Assembly: GCA_025363795.1 (NCBI GenBank) | Contig: JANYLE010000300.1 | Coordinates: 1-31,304 of the forward strand | DNA: 31,304 nucleotides | DNA from: Mariniphaga sp. | GTDB taxonomy: Bacteria; Bacteroidota; Bacteroidia; Bacteroidales; Prolixibacteraceae | Reading direction: 5' to 3' | Part shown: positions 18,901 through 26,331 of the stretch, piece by piece | Layout of the letters: the number at the start of each line of letters is the position of its first letter | Position numbering within the stretch: the stretch's first letter is position 1 | Program-made: the position numbers and the translations under genes | Notes under the pieces: generated by a model | Told to the model about the DNA's origin: nothing | Databases searched by the model: none | Seen by the model: the letters and a program-made list of their open reading frames with translations, nothing else

Positions 18901-19066
18901 CAACGTTCAGTCCTTTAATAACAACCGACACCCCCGGAATGGAACTACCATTCTGCTCGGTGACCTTTCCGGAGTACATCTTATTCTGTGCCATTGCTGA
19001 TAGACCAGCAAGCAGCCAGGGAATAAGAATCATTAGTAATTTTAAAAATAACCGTTTTCTTTTCAT
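15986..19066 (-). CDS. susC: SusC/RagA family TonB-dependent transporter
   Basis: EEVVVVGFGTQKKVNLTGAVS, PLVVVDG, SISVLKDAASSAVYGSRAANGVILITTK, RYDGSSKF, C-terminal GINVGF. Confidence 0.97.
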   Translation of the reverse strand: MKRKRLFLKLLMILIPWLLAGLSAMAQNKMYSGKVTEQNGSSIPGVSVVIKGLNVGTITDFDGKFSISVPANAKTLVFSFVGLIPQEITLGASTTLSVVMAADVIGVEEVVVVGFGTQKKVNLTGAVSSVKIDEKLTSRSLTNLSSGMSGLIPGLAVTQSSGMAGNDQATMIIRGLGTINSASPLVVVDGMPDVDINRINMNDVESISVLKDAASSAVYGSRAANGVILITTKSGKGQGKTSINFSSSYASETPTKAYDFMADYPRALTLEQRANAVNTLRANSTYKDGTIDQWMALGMINPLQYPSTDWWNIIMRNGEVQHYDLSVSGSNEKSNFYISIGVMDQKGLQINNDFSRYNARFNYDYKVRDNINIGVKFAGNWSKYTYFWSQGFTDPTATNTAGYDMQYAISGITPYDPVTGNYGGVMAYSEDPQAYNPYTNYINNLNHQNRQEANTSIYGDWSPIKGLTARIDYSLNYYNQFLWSAATPNTAYNFQTKAFGSRVYVGANAGISNETKTGYKTQLNSSLSYHTSIAKHHDLSALFVYSEEFWYDRFESASRNDRLYPTLHEIDAALTTIQTTGGNSGTEGLRSYIGRLNYSAYDKYLFEANCRYDGSSKFLPGHQFGFFPSAALGWRFTQEDFLKKYTERWLNSGKFRVSYGSLGNNSGVGRYEQQPTLGASAYMTGGTIVNGFISQKMTNQSLSWETTTVFNAGLDLGFLNNHLTTELDYYDRLTSGMNQPSSMSNLLTGAYTAPRVNIGNLRNRGFEGNITWKDDINKFHYSVNLNVSYNTTQLESWSGYLDRGYVYLNMPYHFVYGYKDKGIAKTWQDVYNATPQGASPGDLLLKDVNGDGKIDGNDQVANTNIQRDRPTTNFGLTTSCSWKGFDLNILLQGSAGRKDYWLNSYNTTNIPQTRYASSWTQWNNPWSVSNPTGIWPRLAGLGNNVAQTSFWLDDLSFIRVKNIQLGYNLPKVILSKLSIENLRIYASAENLATFTKFRGLDPERIGNASDLYPLNKSFSIGINVGF

Positions 19067-19107
19067 AGTTTGATAATTAATAATACATAAGACTTCTATT
19101 TGTTGAT

Positions 19108-20319
19108 TTAATTAAGTTTTTTGAAGTTTTTCTGGCGTAAAAGTGCCTCCAGGTAATAGTAGTCGGCATAATTAATCGGGACATCAATTTCAGAATTGTG
19201 AGGAAATGAACCCGTTGAATGACCAAGCAGAAATCCCTTATTCTCACCAGGTTTTGATGAATAAATTTCATTCAGGCTGTTCAATATCTGCTCTGCAGAA
19301 TTGATATAGGATGCTTTTTTTTCAGGAACAAACTGAGCCAATTCATAAAGAGCTGAAGCAGTTATTGCTGCTGCAGAAACATCCCTTGGTTTCGCAAGCG
19401 ATGCAGGTGCATCAAAATCCCAGTAAGGTATTTTGTCAGTCGGAAGATTAGGATGTTGGAGGATATAATCAGCAATTTTTTCAGCCTGGTAGAGAAAACT
19501 CAAGATCCCTGTTTCACGGTAACACATCGAGTAACCATATAATCCCCAGGCCTGACCACGTGACCATGCTGATGCATCTGAATATCCCTGATGGGTATTT
19601 TTCTTAATTACAGCACCGGTGATCGTATCGTAATCAACAACGTGAAACGAACTGTTGTCTGCCCTGAAATGGTTTGCGAGTGTAGTTTCAGCATGTTTTA
19701 CTGCAATATTATAATAGAGTTGATCACCTGTTTGCTTTGAAGCCCAGAAGAGGAGTTCAAGGTTGATCATATTATCAATAATTACCGGGAATTGCCATTT
19801 GTCGCGGTTATGATCCCACGAACGAATTGCGCCAACCTTTTCATTAAAACGGGTTGTGAGTGTTTTAGCCGCCTGAATCAAAATATCGCGATAGGCAGAA
19901 TCCCTTGTAATACGGTAACCCTGGCCAAAGCTGCTCATCATTTTAAACCCCATATCGTGGGTATCACCGTTGAACTTCTCCTTTTCGAGCGGCATTGTGA
20001 ACTCACGTGCCAGCTGTTTCAAACCAGCATCACCTGTCAGATCAGAAGCCAGCCACAGCGAACCAGCATAGAATCCACTGCACCAATCTTTTGATGAAAC
20101 TATTTTTAAAGATCCGTCGCTATTAAGGCTTCTGACAGAAACAAAATCTTTACCCGAATTGCCTGTCCTGGCTTTCGCATCGTTAAAATTTACTGATAAA
20201 AAATTTAGCTGATTTTTAATCTGGCTGAGAGAAACGCTTTCAAGTTTATGACCTGACTGACATGAGGCAAGCAAAAAAAACACAATAGCAAGGGGTAATA
20301 CCAGCTTTATAAGGCGCAT
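19108..20319 (-). CDS. ugl: GH88 unsaturated glucuronyl hydrolase, lipoprotein
   Basis: DWCSGF, DTHDMGF, VIIDNMINLELLFW (both catalytic Asp present), SAWSRGQAW, PRDVSAAAI, YADYYYLEAL; lipobox LAS-C. Confidence 0.92.
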   Translation of the reverse strand: MRLIKLVLPLAIVFFLLASCQSGHKLESVSLSQIKNQLNFLSVNFNDAKARTGNSGKDFVSVRSLNSDGSLKIVSSKDWCSGFYAGSLWLASDLTGDAGLKQLAREFTMPLEKEKFNGDTHDMGFKMMSSFGQGYRITRDSAYRDILIQAAKTLTTRFNEKVGAIRSWDHNRDKWQFPVIIDNMINLELLFWASKQTGDQLYYNIAVKHAETTLANHFRADNSSFHVVDYDTITGAVIKKNTHQGYSDASAWSRGQAWGLYGYSMCYRETGILSFLYQAEKIADYILQHPNLPTDKIPYWDFDAPASLAKPRDVSAAAITASALYELAQFVPEKKASYINSAEQILNSLNEIYSSKPGENKGFLLGHSTGSFPHNSEIDVPINYADYYYLEALLRQKNFKKLN

Positions 20320-20372
20320 AATTGTTAGTAGTTAATCCGGGTTTAGTCGTTTGGGATATATAATCTCCGGTT

Positions 20373-20400
20373 CAAAAGTAGGTTTGTGATTATTTTACAA
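20373..20400 (-). promoter_or_regulatory. Promoter of the GH88-susC-susD operon (TTG-N17-TACTTTTG)
   Basis: Perfect TAnnTTTG at 20373-20380 and TTG at 20398-20400 on the minus strand, about 55 nt upstream of ATG 20319. Confidence 0.65.
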
Positions 20401-20409
20401 CGAACAACC

Positions 20410-20469
20410 ATGTTGCAAATTCTATCAATTATGTGCCATCCTGTAAAGGATGTCTCAATATTGGGACAT
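20410..20469. promoter_or_regulatory. Candidate HTCS operator: four ATGTnnCA half-sites
   Basis: ATGTTGCA at 20410, ATGTGCCA at 20431 (21-bp spacing), ATGTCTCA at 20450 and inverted ATGTCCCA at 20469-20462, directly upstream of the operon promoter. Confidence 0.5.
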
Positions 20470-20516
20470 TAGTTAAAAAATGTATAATTCCGTTTCTGTA
20501 GAAGTACCTGAATGAT

Positions 20517-20524
20517 TACTTTCG
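20517..20524 (+). promoter_or_regulatory. Possible -7 element of the HTCS gene (TACTTTCG)
   Basis: One mismatch to TAnnTTTG, about 110 nt upstream of ATG 20634. Confidence 0.35.
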
Positions 20525-20633
20525 CATTCTTGAAAACTGATAATATTGGGATAACCTTAACCCGACCGAAACATTTTCTTATTACTATTGTCAGCGACGA
20601 CAATTTCAGTCATGCAAATTATCCGGGAGAATT

Positions 20634-23600
20634 ATGTATCTAAACTTCTTAAGCAGATCAGTTATTAAAAGCTCCAGGCTTTTGATTGCTCCGCTTTTTT
20701 TATTCCAGTTAATCCTGTTGCTCTTGATAAGGAATCCTGCTTATGCGATGCCCGACGATCTAAAAATAAAGCAGATTTCTCCTGAAGGTGGTTTTACTTT
20801 TGAAGCCCTTAGTTCCATATGTGAAGATAAATACGGTTTTATCTGGTTTGCTTCGAATAATGGCGCTTATCGTTACAATTCAGTAGAAACGGTTAAATTT
20901 ATCAATTCCCCCGATGATAAAACATCGCTGCCCGGAAACTACATCCGGTCACTCTATCTGGATATGAAGCATGAGCTCTGGATATCTACAGATCATGGCC
21001 TGTCTATGTTCGACTATCAATGCGAATGCTTCAAAAGGTATCAGTTTCACGACGCGGAGGGTAACCCAAAAGGTTTGAATGTCTATCAAATCTTTCAAAC
21101 CGCCGACAGTTCATATTGGATGATAGATAGTTCCGGATTTTCACACATTGATTTTAAAACAAATACAGTTTCCTATCTGAAAATACCTGATGCTCAAAAA
21201 AACGACCTTATCCGCATAGCCGCAAAATCGGAGAAAGATGAACGGATATGGCTTGGAGGAACAAATGGAGGGGTTTATTATTGCGATCCTCCCTACCAAA
21301 AAATTGTTTTTTTTTCACATTCAAGAGATCAGAATGTAATTGCCATTTTACCTGACGGCGACAAAATATGGATAGGCTACGATTGGGGAGGAGCAGACCT
21401 TTTCACACGTCAGGGAGTTTTAACAGACCATTTCGATGATAAAATAGAAGGGAAAAATAAAATTCCGAGCTCACGCGTGCGGACGATCTTCAAATATAAA
21501 AACGAAATCTGGCTGGGCACATTCAAAGGATTGGTCCGGGTGAATGAGAATGGCATCGAAGTGGTTGAGAAAGAAAATTATACCGGATTAACAAACAACA
21601 GCATTTACCAGATATACCGTGATTCCAGGAATGGGATATGGATCGGCACCTGGTCGGGAGGATTGGGTTATATCAATGAATGGTCGAACAATTTCGAACA
21701 CTTCAAACGCGAATCGAACAATAATTCACTTAGTGATAATGTAATAAGCAGCTTTGAAGAAACGGAAGACGGTAAGATCATTATTGCAACAGAAGAAGGT
21801 CATTTGAATTACCTGGACCGTTCCAACCATCAGATAACCGATGTCAGAATAAAGGGGCCCGGCGGAATCGTCAACCATATCAAAACATTGTGTATTGATA
21901 AAAATGGAACGTTGTGGATCGGAACATTCGCCAGCGGTGTTTTCTATAAGCTCAAGGGGGCAAAGGATTTCCAAAAATTTAACCTGATTGATGATTTTAT
22001 TGAGCAGTTTTATGACATCATTGGTACCGGCGAGGGATTATGGTTTGCCTCTTCTATCAGAGGTTTATTTTATTACGATTATCAAAAACGTCAGGTCAAA
22101 CATTATTCCTTAAACAATACAGATCCCGGATCATTGTCCTCCAATGCCGTGAGGACCCTTCTGGAAGACTCAAAAGGGAATATATGGATCGGTTCGGGCA
22201 ATGGCCTTAATAGAAAAGACAAGGGCTCTGAGCGTTTCGTCAGGTTCTTTTACAATCCGGATGAGAAAAACAGGATCAGCAGCAATAATATCTATTCCCT
22301 GTTTGAAGATTCAAAACAAAACATCTGGATTGGAACTGCAGGTGGCGGCGTCACGATTTACGATCCAAAGACAACTATCTTCTCGCAACTTTCGAAAAAG
22401 GACGGCCTGCCGGGAAATGATGTCCATGGAATACTTGAAGACAATACCGGTGTAATCTGGATGAGTACCGAAAACGGAATATCTGCTTATTCACCGGCAA
22501 CAAAAAAATTTAGGAATTTCGATTATAACGATGGCCTCCAGGGAAATCAGTTTAATCCGGGTGCTGCTTTCAAAGCCCGTAATGGGGATTTATTTTTCGG
22601 AGGATCGAATGGATTTACAAGGTTCGATCCCGCGCAGATAAAGGGAAATCCTGTTGCACCAAAAGCATATATCACCGGTATTGAGATCAACAACCAGGCT
22701 GCCAATCAGATGAGTGATCCAACGTTGCTTAAACAATCGATAATAACCCGCGATCATCTCGAATTAAACTACAATGAAAATTCATTGAGATTCACCTTTG
22801 TTGCCAATAATTTCCTTTTGCCTCAAAAGAACAGATTCAAATACCGCCTGACGGGATATAATCCAAAATGGATTGAAATCCAAAGAGATAACGAAGCAAC
22901 TTTCACCAAGATCCCGCCAGGAAATTACACTTTTGAAGTAAAAGCAGCCAATAACGACGGTAAATGGAACGATACACCGACACAACTTCAGATCACCATC
23001 CACCCTCCCATCTGGAGGACCGTTTATGCCTACATTTTTTACCTGTTGATTTTGCTGGTGATCTTCTATTTTGTACAACGTGAATTTCTCATCCGGCACA
23101 GGCTTAAGAACTCAATCCTGCACGAGCGGATTCAGCGTGAAAACGAAGAGAAACTTCACCAGTTAAAACTCCATTTCTTCACAAATATATCGCACGAATT
23201 CCGGACTCCGCTGACCTTGATTCTGTCGCCGCTTTCGCTGCTTAAAAAGAAATTGTCGGGACAAGAGGAACCGCTTGAACACCTGACGATGATCGAAAAC
23301 AATGCCAACCGCTTGCTCCGGTTAGTCAATCAGATTCTGGATATACGCAAAATCGAACTTGGGAAAATGGATTTTCAGCCGCAACATTTCGATATTGTGG
23401 CGCTTTGCCAGGAGGTGTTCCAATGTTTTTCGTTGCAGGACAACGACCGGAAAATTAGTTTCAACTTTGAATCGGACTTTTCATCGTTGTTTATAATGAT
23501 TGAGCCTGACAAAATCGATAAACTGATCTTCAACCTGCTTTCGAATGCCATAAAATACACGCCCGATGAAGGTGTTATTCGACTTTCGATTAAAAGTCCC

Positions 23601-24764
23601 AACTGGAAACCCGAGACAATCAAAAAGCCTTACCATTATGCAACGGGCAATGCGATTGATAACGGGTACATTACGATTACTGTTGAAAATGAAGGTCCGG
23701 GAATTAAACCGTCAGACCTTCCGAATATCTTCGATCGGTTTTACCAGGCGCCGGGACAAATTGCCGGTACGGGCATCGGATTGCATCTTTGCAGCGAATA
23801 CATTATCATGCATCATGGCCAGATAGAAGTTTTTACGGGTGAAAATATGGGCGCATCCTTTTTTGTCCGTCTCCCGATATCGCAGGAAGAAATCGAAAAA
23901 GGGGTTCAGGGAGAACTATTCCAGACTTCCGTCTGTGAAGCGCGCGAAATTCATTCGTTACCTGACCCTCACGCTGTTTTGAAGGCTGAAAAAGAGATCA
24001 CCATTCTTGTTGTTGAAGACAACAAAGAAATGCAAAGATTTCTGAACACCATATTAAGCGACACTTACAATGTGGTGACGGCCGATAATGGGAATGAGGG
24101 GATCGTCAAAGTTGGTGAATCGGACCCCGATCTTGTAATTACTGACGTGATGATGCCCGGAATAAATGGAATTGAGTTTTGCCGGATCCTGAAAACAGAT
24201 ATCAATACCAGTCATATACCCATTCTGATGCTAACCGCTCTTTCGTCAGTTGAGAGCCAGCTGGAAGGATTCGAAACCGGTGCCGATGATTATATTGTGA
24301 AACCATTTGATGACCGGATACTGACACTGAGAATTCGCAATTTGCTCGATTCGAGAAGAATATTGCGTGAGAAATTTACAAATTCACATGGTGAATGGCG
24401 CGAAGCGATGCGAAAACTTCAACCCGATCGTGAATTACTCGAAAAGGCAACCTCAATCATTGAGCATCACATTACGGATTTGGTATTTACAGTCGATATG
24501 CTGGCTTCGGAATTAAACCTAAGCAGAAGTTCACTGCACCGCAAACTAAAGGCGCTAACCAACCAGTCGGCGACCGAATTTATTAAATTCGTGAAGATTA
24601 ATAGGTCAATCATGCTTATTGAGGATGGCATGACGAATATCGATGAGATCTGCTTTAAAGTCGGGTTCAATTCACACTCTTATTATTCGATGTGCTTCAA
24701 AAAACAACTTGGACAAACACCTTCTGAATACATCAACCGGATAAAAAGGGAATCAAAAGAATAA
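20634..24764 (+). CDS. Hybrid two-component system sensor-regulator (PUL activator)
   Basis: Beta-propeller sensor repeats, Y_Y_Y domain (YRLTGYNPKW...PPGNYTFEV), TM helix, FFTNISHEFRTPLTLI, NLLSNAIKYT, GTGIGL, receiver DVMMPG, AraC HTH. Confidence 0.96.
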   Translation: MYLNFLSRSVIKSSRLLIAPLFLFQLILLLLIRNPAYAMPDDLKIKQISPEGGFTFEALSSICEDKYGFIWFASNNGAYRYNSVETVKFINSPDDKTSLPGNYIRSLYLDMKHELWISTDHGLSMFDYQCECFKRYQFHDAEGNPKGLNVYQIFQTADSSYWMIDSSGFSHIDFKTNTVSYLKIPDAQKNDLIRIAAKSEKDERIWLGGTNGGVYYCDPPYQKIVFFSHSRDQNVIAILPDGDKIWIGYDWGGADLFTRQGVLTDHFDDKIEGKNKIPSSRVRTIFKYKNEIWLGTFKGLVRVNENGIEVVEKENYTGLTNNSIYQIYRDSRNGIWIGTWSGGLGYINEWSNNFEHFKRESNNNSLSDNVISSFEETEDGKIIIATEEGHLNYLDRSNHQITDVRIKGPGGIVNHIKTLCIDKNGTLWIGTFASGVFYKLKGAKDFQKFNLIDDFIEQFYDIIGTGEGLWFASSIRGLFYYDYQKRQVKHYSLNNTDPGSLSSNAVRTLLEDSKGNIWIGSGNGLNRKDKGSERFVRFFYNPDEKNRISSNNIYSLFEDSKQNIWIGTAGGGVTIYDPKTTIFSQLSKKDGLPGNDVHGILEDNTGVIWMSTENGISAYSPATKKFRNFDYNDGLQGNQFNPGAAFKARNGDLFFGGSNGFTRFDPAQIKGNPVAPKAYITGIEINNQAANQMSDPTLLKQSIITRDHLELNYNENSLRFTFVANNFLLPQKNRFKYRLTGYNPKWIEIQRDNEATFTKIPPGNYTFEVKAANNDGKWNDTPTQLQITIHPPIWRTVYAYIFYLLILLVIFYFVQREFLIRHRLKNSILHERIQRENEEKLHQLKLHFFTNISHEFRTPLTLILSPLSLLKKKLSGQEEPLEHLTMIENNANRLLRLVNQILDIRKIELGKMDFQPQHFDIVALCQEVFQCFSLQDNDRKISFNFESDFSSLFIMIEPDKIDKLIFNLLSNAIKYTPDEGVIRLSIKSPNWKPETIKKPYHYATGNAIDNGYITITVENEGPGIKPSDLPNIFDRFYQAPGQIAGTGIGLHLCSEYIIMHHGQIEVFTGENMGASFFVRLPISQEEIEKGVQGELFQTSVCEAREIHSLPDPHAVLKAEKEITILVVEDNKEMQRFLNTILSDTYNVVTADNGNEGIVKVGESDPDLVITDVMMPGINGIEFCRILKTDINTSHIPILMLTALSSVESQLEGFETGADDYIVKPFDDRILTLRIRNLLDSRRILREKFTNSHGEWREAMRKLQPDRELLEKATSIIEHHITDLVFTVDMLASELNLSRSSLHRKLKALTNQSATEFIKFVKINRSIMLIEDGMTNIDEICFKVGFNSHSYYSMCFKKQLGQTPSEYINRIKRESKE

Positions 24765-24773
24765 ATTAATTGA

Positions 24774-24823
24774 CCATCCTGCGGCAGGGATTGGCAGAGA
24801 TGGCCGCCCTGTCGTCTCTGCAA
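24774..24823. other. GC-rich tandem hairpins after the HTCS stop (possible atypical terminator or REP-like element)
   Basis: CCATCCTG/CAGGGATTGG and GCAGAGATGGC/GTCGTCTCTGC arms; no U-tract on either strand. Confidence 0.3.
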
Positions 24824-25079
24824 CCCAAAAGAATCAACACCACGAATAATGTTTCACAAACAGCGTATTATCAAGACTCAATATAAATAATAAAAATTGA
24901 CAAGCTTGAAATAACAATTAAGTCAGTAAGCATTAAGGATTAAGTCTTAATGAATATTTTTTTTAAATAAAATGCATAATTGATGAACCTTTAATTTTTT
25001 TTAGCGTATAAGAAAGCATGTTCACCTAAAACATATTAATCAAACGCTGTTTTTATACACTAAACTAAATTTAATCGTC

Positions 25080-25817
25080 ATGTCAATGAATTTATCAACA
25101 AGCCGCGCGTCGAATGTAGCCAATCTCGAATCGCTCATTTCCTCTTGTTCAGGTTTTGGAGAATCTTTTAATCCATCACAACCCACGATTACAATTGAAG
25201 CAATGAAAGATATTTTAGCCGAAGGGAAAAATGCCTTACGGTTATTAAATATCGCGATACCGTATTCTAAAAATGCAAAAACTGCAAGGGATAATGGATT
25301 TAGTTTATTGTACAAACTCGCTACGCGGGTCGTAAATGCCTTTGAGGTAAATATACACAACGAACAATCGCAGGCACAGTTCCGGTCACTAAACCGTGCG
25401 TTGCAGGGAACAAAACTCAAATCGAAGAAAGCCCCTGCAGTAAAAACAGAAACAGACCCCGAGGTCAAAGAGAATGTAAAGCACAAATCAGATTTTGATA
25501 ACCGACTCGAGTCATTCGATAGTTTTATCCAGTTTTTAGCCACTTTTCCGGCTTATGCACCCAACGAACCCGAATTGACAGTGGCAGGTCTCACAAACTT
25601 TTACAATGACTTAAAAAATAAAGTTTCGGACGAAGTCAACGCGGAAACCGCATTAAAAAACGCACGCATTAACCGGGATGTAACATTGTATACACCCGTA
25701 ACCGGATTAGCGTTAGTGGGTAAAAATGCAAAGAGCTACGTTAAATCGGCTTATGGACCCAATAGCCCGCAGTATAAGCAAATCTCAAAATTAAAATTCA
25801 CCACTCATAAAATATAG
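25080..25817 (+). CDS. Uncharacterised, predicted all-alpha-helical cytoplasmic protein (245 aa)
   Basis: Long ORF with its own terminator and no signal peptide or TM segment. Blocks SNVANLESLI..FNPS, YAPNEPEL, NARINRD..LY, KSYVKSAYG..SPQYKQI resemble, from memory, a widespread Bacteroidota hypothetical family. Confidence 0.8.
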   Translation: MSMNLSTSRASNVANLESLISSCSGFGESFNPSQPTITIEAMKDILAEGKNALRLLNIAIPYSKNAKTARDNGFSLLYKLATRVVNAFEVNIHNEQSQAQFRSLNRALQGTKLKSKKAPAVKTETDPEVKENVKHKSDFDNRLESFDSFIQFLATFPAYAPNEPELTVAGLTNFYNDLKNKVSDEVNAETALKNARINRDVTLYTPVTGLALVGKNAKSYVKSAYGPNSPQYKQISKLKFTTHKI

Positions 25818-25866
25818 CAATCGGTCGTTTCAATTCTAAAGGTAGATTTTTTTGGTTGGTTTGGTT

Positions 25867-25907
25867 AGAACTGCGGTTATCAGTCAGATGGTCGCAGTTC
25901 TTTTTTT
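25867..25907 (+). terminator. Rho-independent terminator of the 245-aa gene
   Basis: AGAACTGCG (25867-25875) / CGCAGTTCT (25893-25901), extendable by GTTATC/GATGGT with wobbles, followed by a T-run to 25907. Confidence 0.8.
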
Positions 25908-25929
25908 GTCGCACTAATAATCTTCAACA

Positions 25930-26142
25930 TTATAAATTTGTTTGAAAAACCATTATGACTGAATAACCAGCTATGATGAGGCAATAGATAAGGACAATTA
26001 CACAATAATCAGGGACGATGAGGCAATATACATGGACGATGAATGAATAACCAGGCGTGATGAGACAATAGACAAGGACAATTACACAATAACCAGGCAC
26101 GATGAGGGAATAGATGGACACGATGAATGAATAACCAGGCAC
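25930..26142 (-). CDS. Doubtful 70-aa very hydrophobic heptad-repeat peptide overlapping the array
   Basis: Only frame of six that is open across the whole array; Tyr and Ile in every heptad; GTG start only; no promoter seen. Confidence 0.25.
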   Translation of the reverse strand: MPGYSFIVSIYSLIVPGYCVIVLVYCLITPGYSFIVHVYCLIVPDYCVIVLIYCLIIAGYSVIMVFQTNL

Positions 26143-26184
26143 GATGAGGGAATAGATAAGGACGATGACCCAATAAATAGTCGC
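25954..26184. repeat. Tandem array of 11 x 21-nt degenerate units with 42/84-nt higher-order periodicity
   Basis: Units start at 25954 + 21n; AATA is invariant at unit positions 9-12; unit classes Z=GATGAATGAATAACCAGGCAC, X=GATGAGGSAATAGATAAGGAC, Y=AATTACACAATAAYCAGGSAC in order Z X Y X Z X Y X Z X plus one diverged unit. Confidence 0.95.
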
Positions 26185-26331
26185 AAATCTTCATCAAATA
26201 GCCTGGGTGAATGGGTAAACTTCCCGGTGCAACTTTAGCTGCCAAAATCTGTTATTATAATTGCTTACAGATCGTAAGCAATAAAACAATTGGATTGTTC
26301 CGCTAATCAATGTTAAGGAACAAAATATTCC

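Noticed and set aside
18447-19073. 208-aa antisense ORF in susC, and the other short nested ORFs of the track
   Set aside because: Shadows of long, well-supported genes, with no independent signals.
24931-24952. CATTAAG-N8-CTTAATG palindrome as an operator
   Set aside because: Seven-bp AT-rich arms in very AT-rich DNA are not distinguishable from background without orthologs.
24858-25052. 9-bp inverted repeat AAACAGCGT/ACGCTGTTT as an invertible promoter
   Set aside because: Too short to exceed chance in this region, no promoter consensus between the arms, and no recombinase nearby.
25040-25543. 167-aa antisense ORF over the 245-aa gene
   Set aside because: Antisense shadow with no recognisable motifs; the plus-strand gene has the terminator and family-like blocks.
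25954-26184. Array as CRISPR
   Set aside because: Units are contiguous with no unique spacers, there is no palindromic repeat, and no cas genes are in the window.
25080-26184. Diversity-generating retroelement or retron
   Set aside because: No reverse transcriptase, no template/variable repeat pair, and unit differences are not adenine-specific.
26009-26245. 78-aa minus-strand ORF with HRxxLF repeats
   Set aside because: Alternative frame of the array that is stopped within unit 2; a by-product of the repeat.
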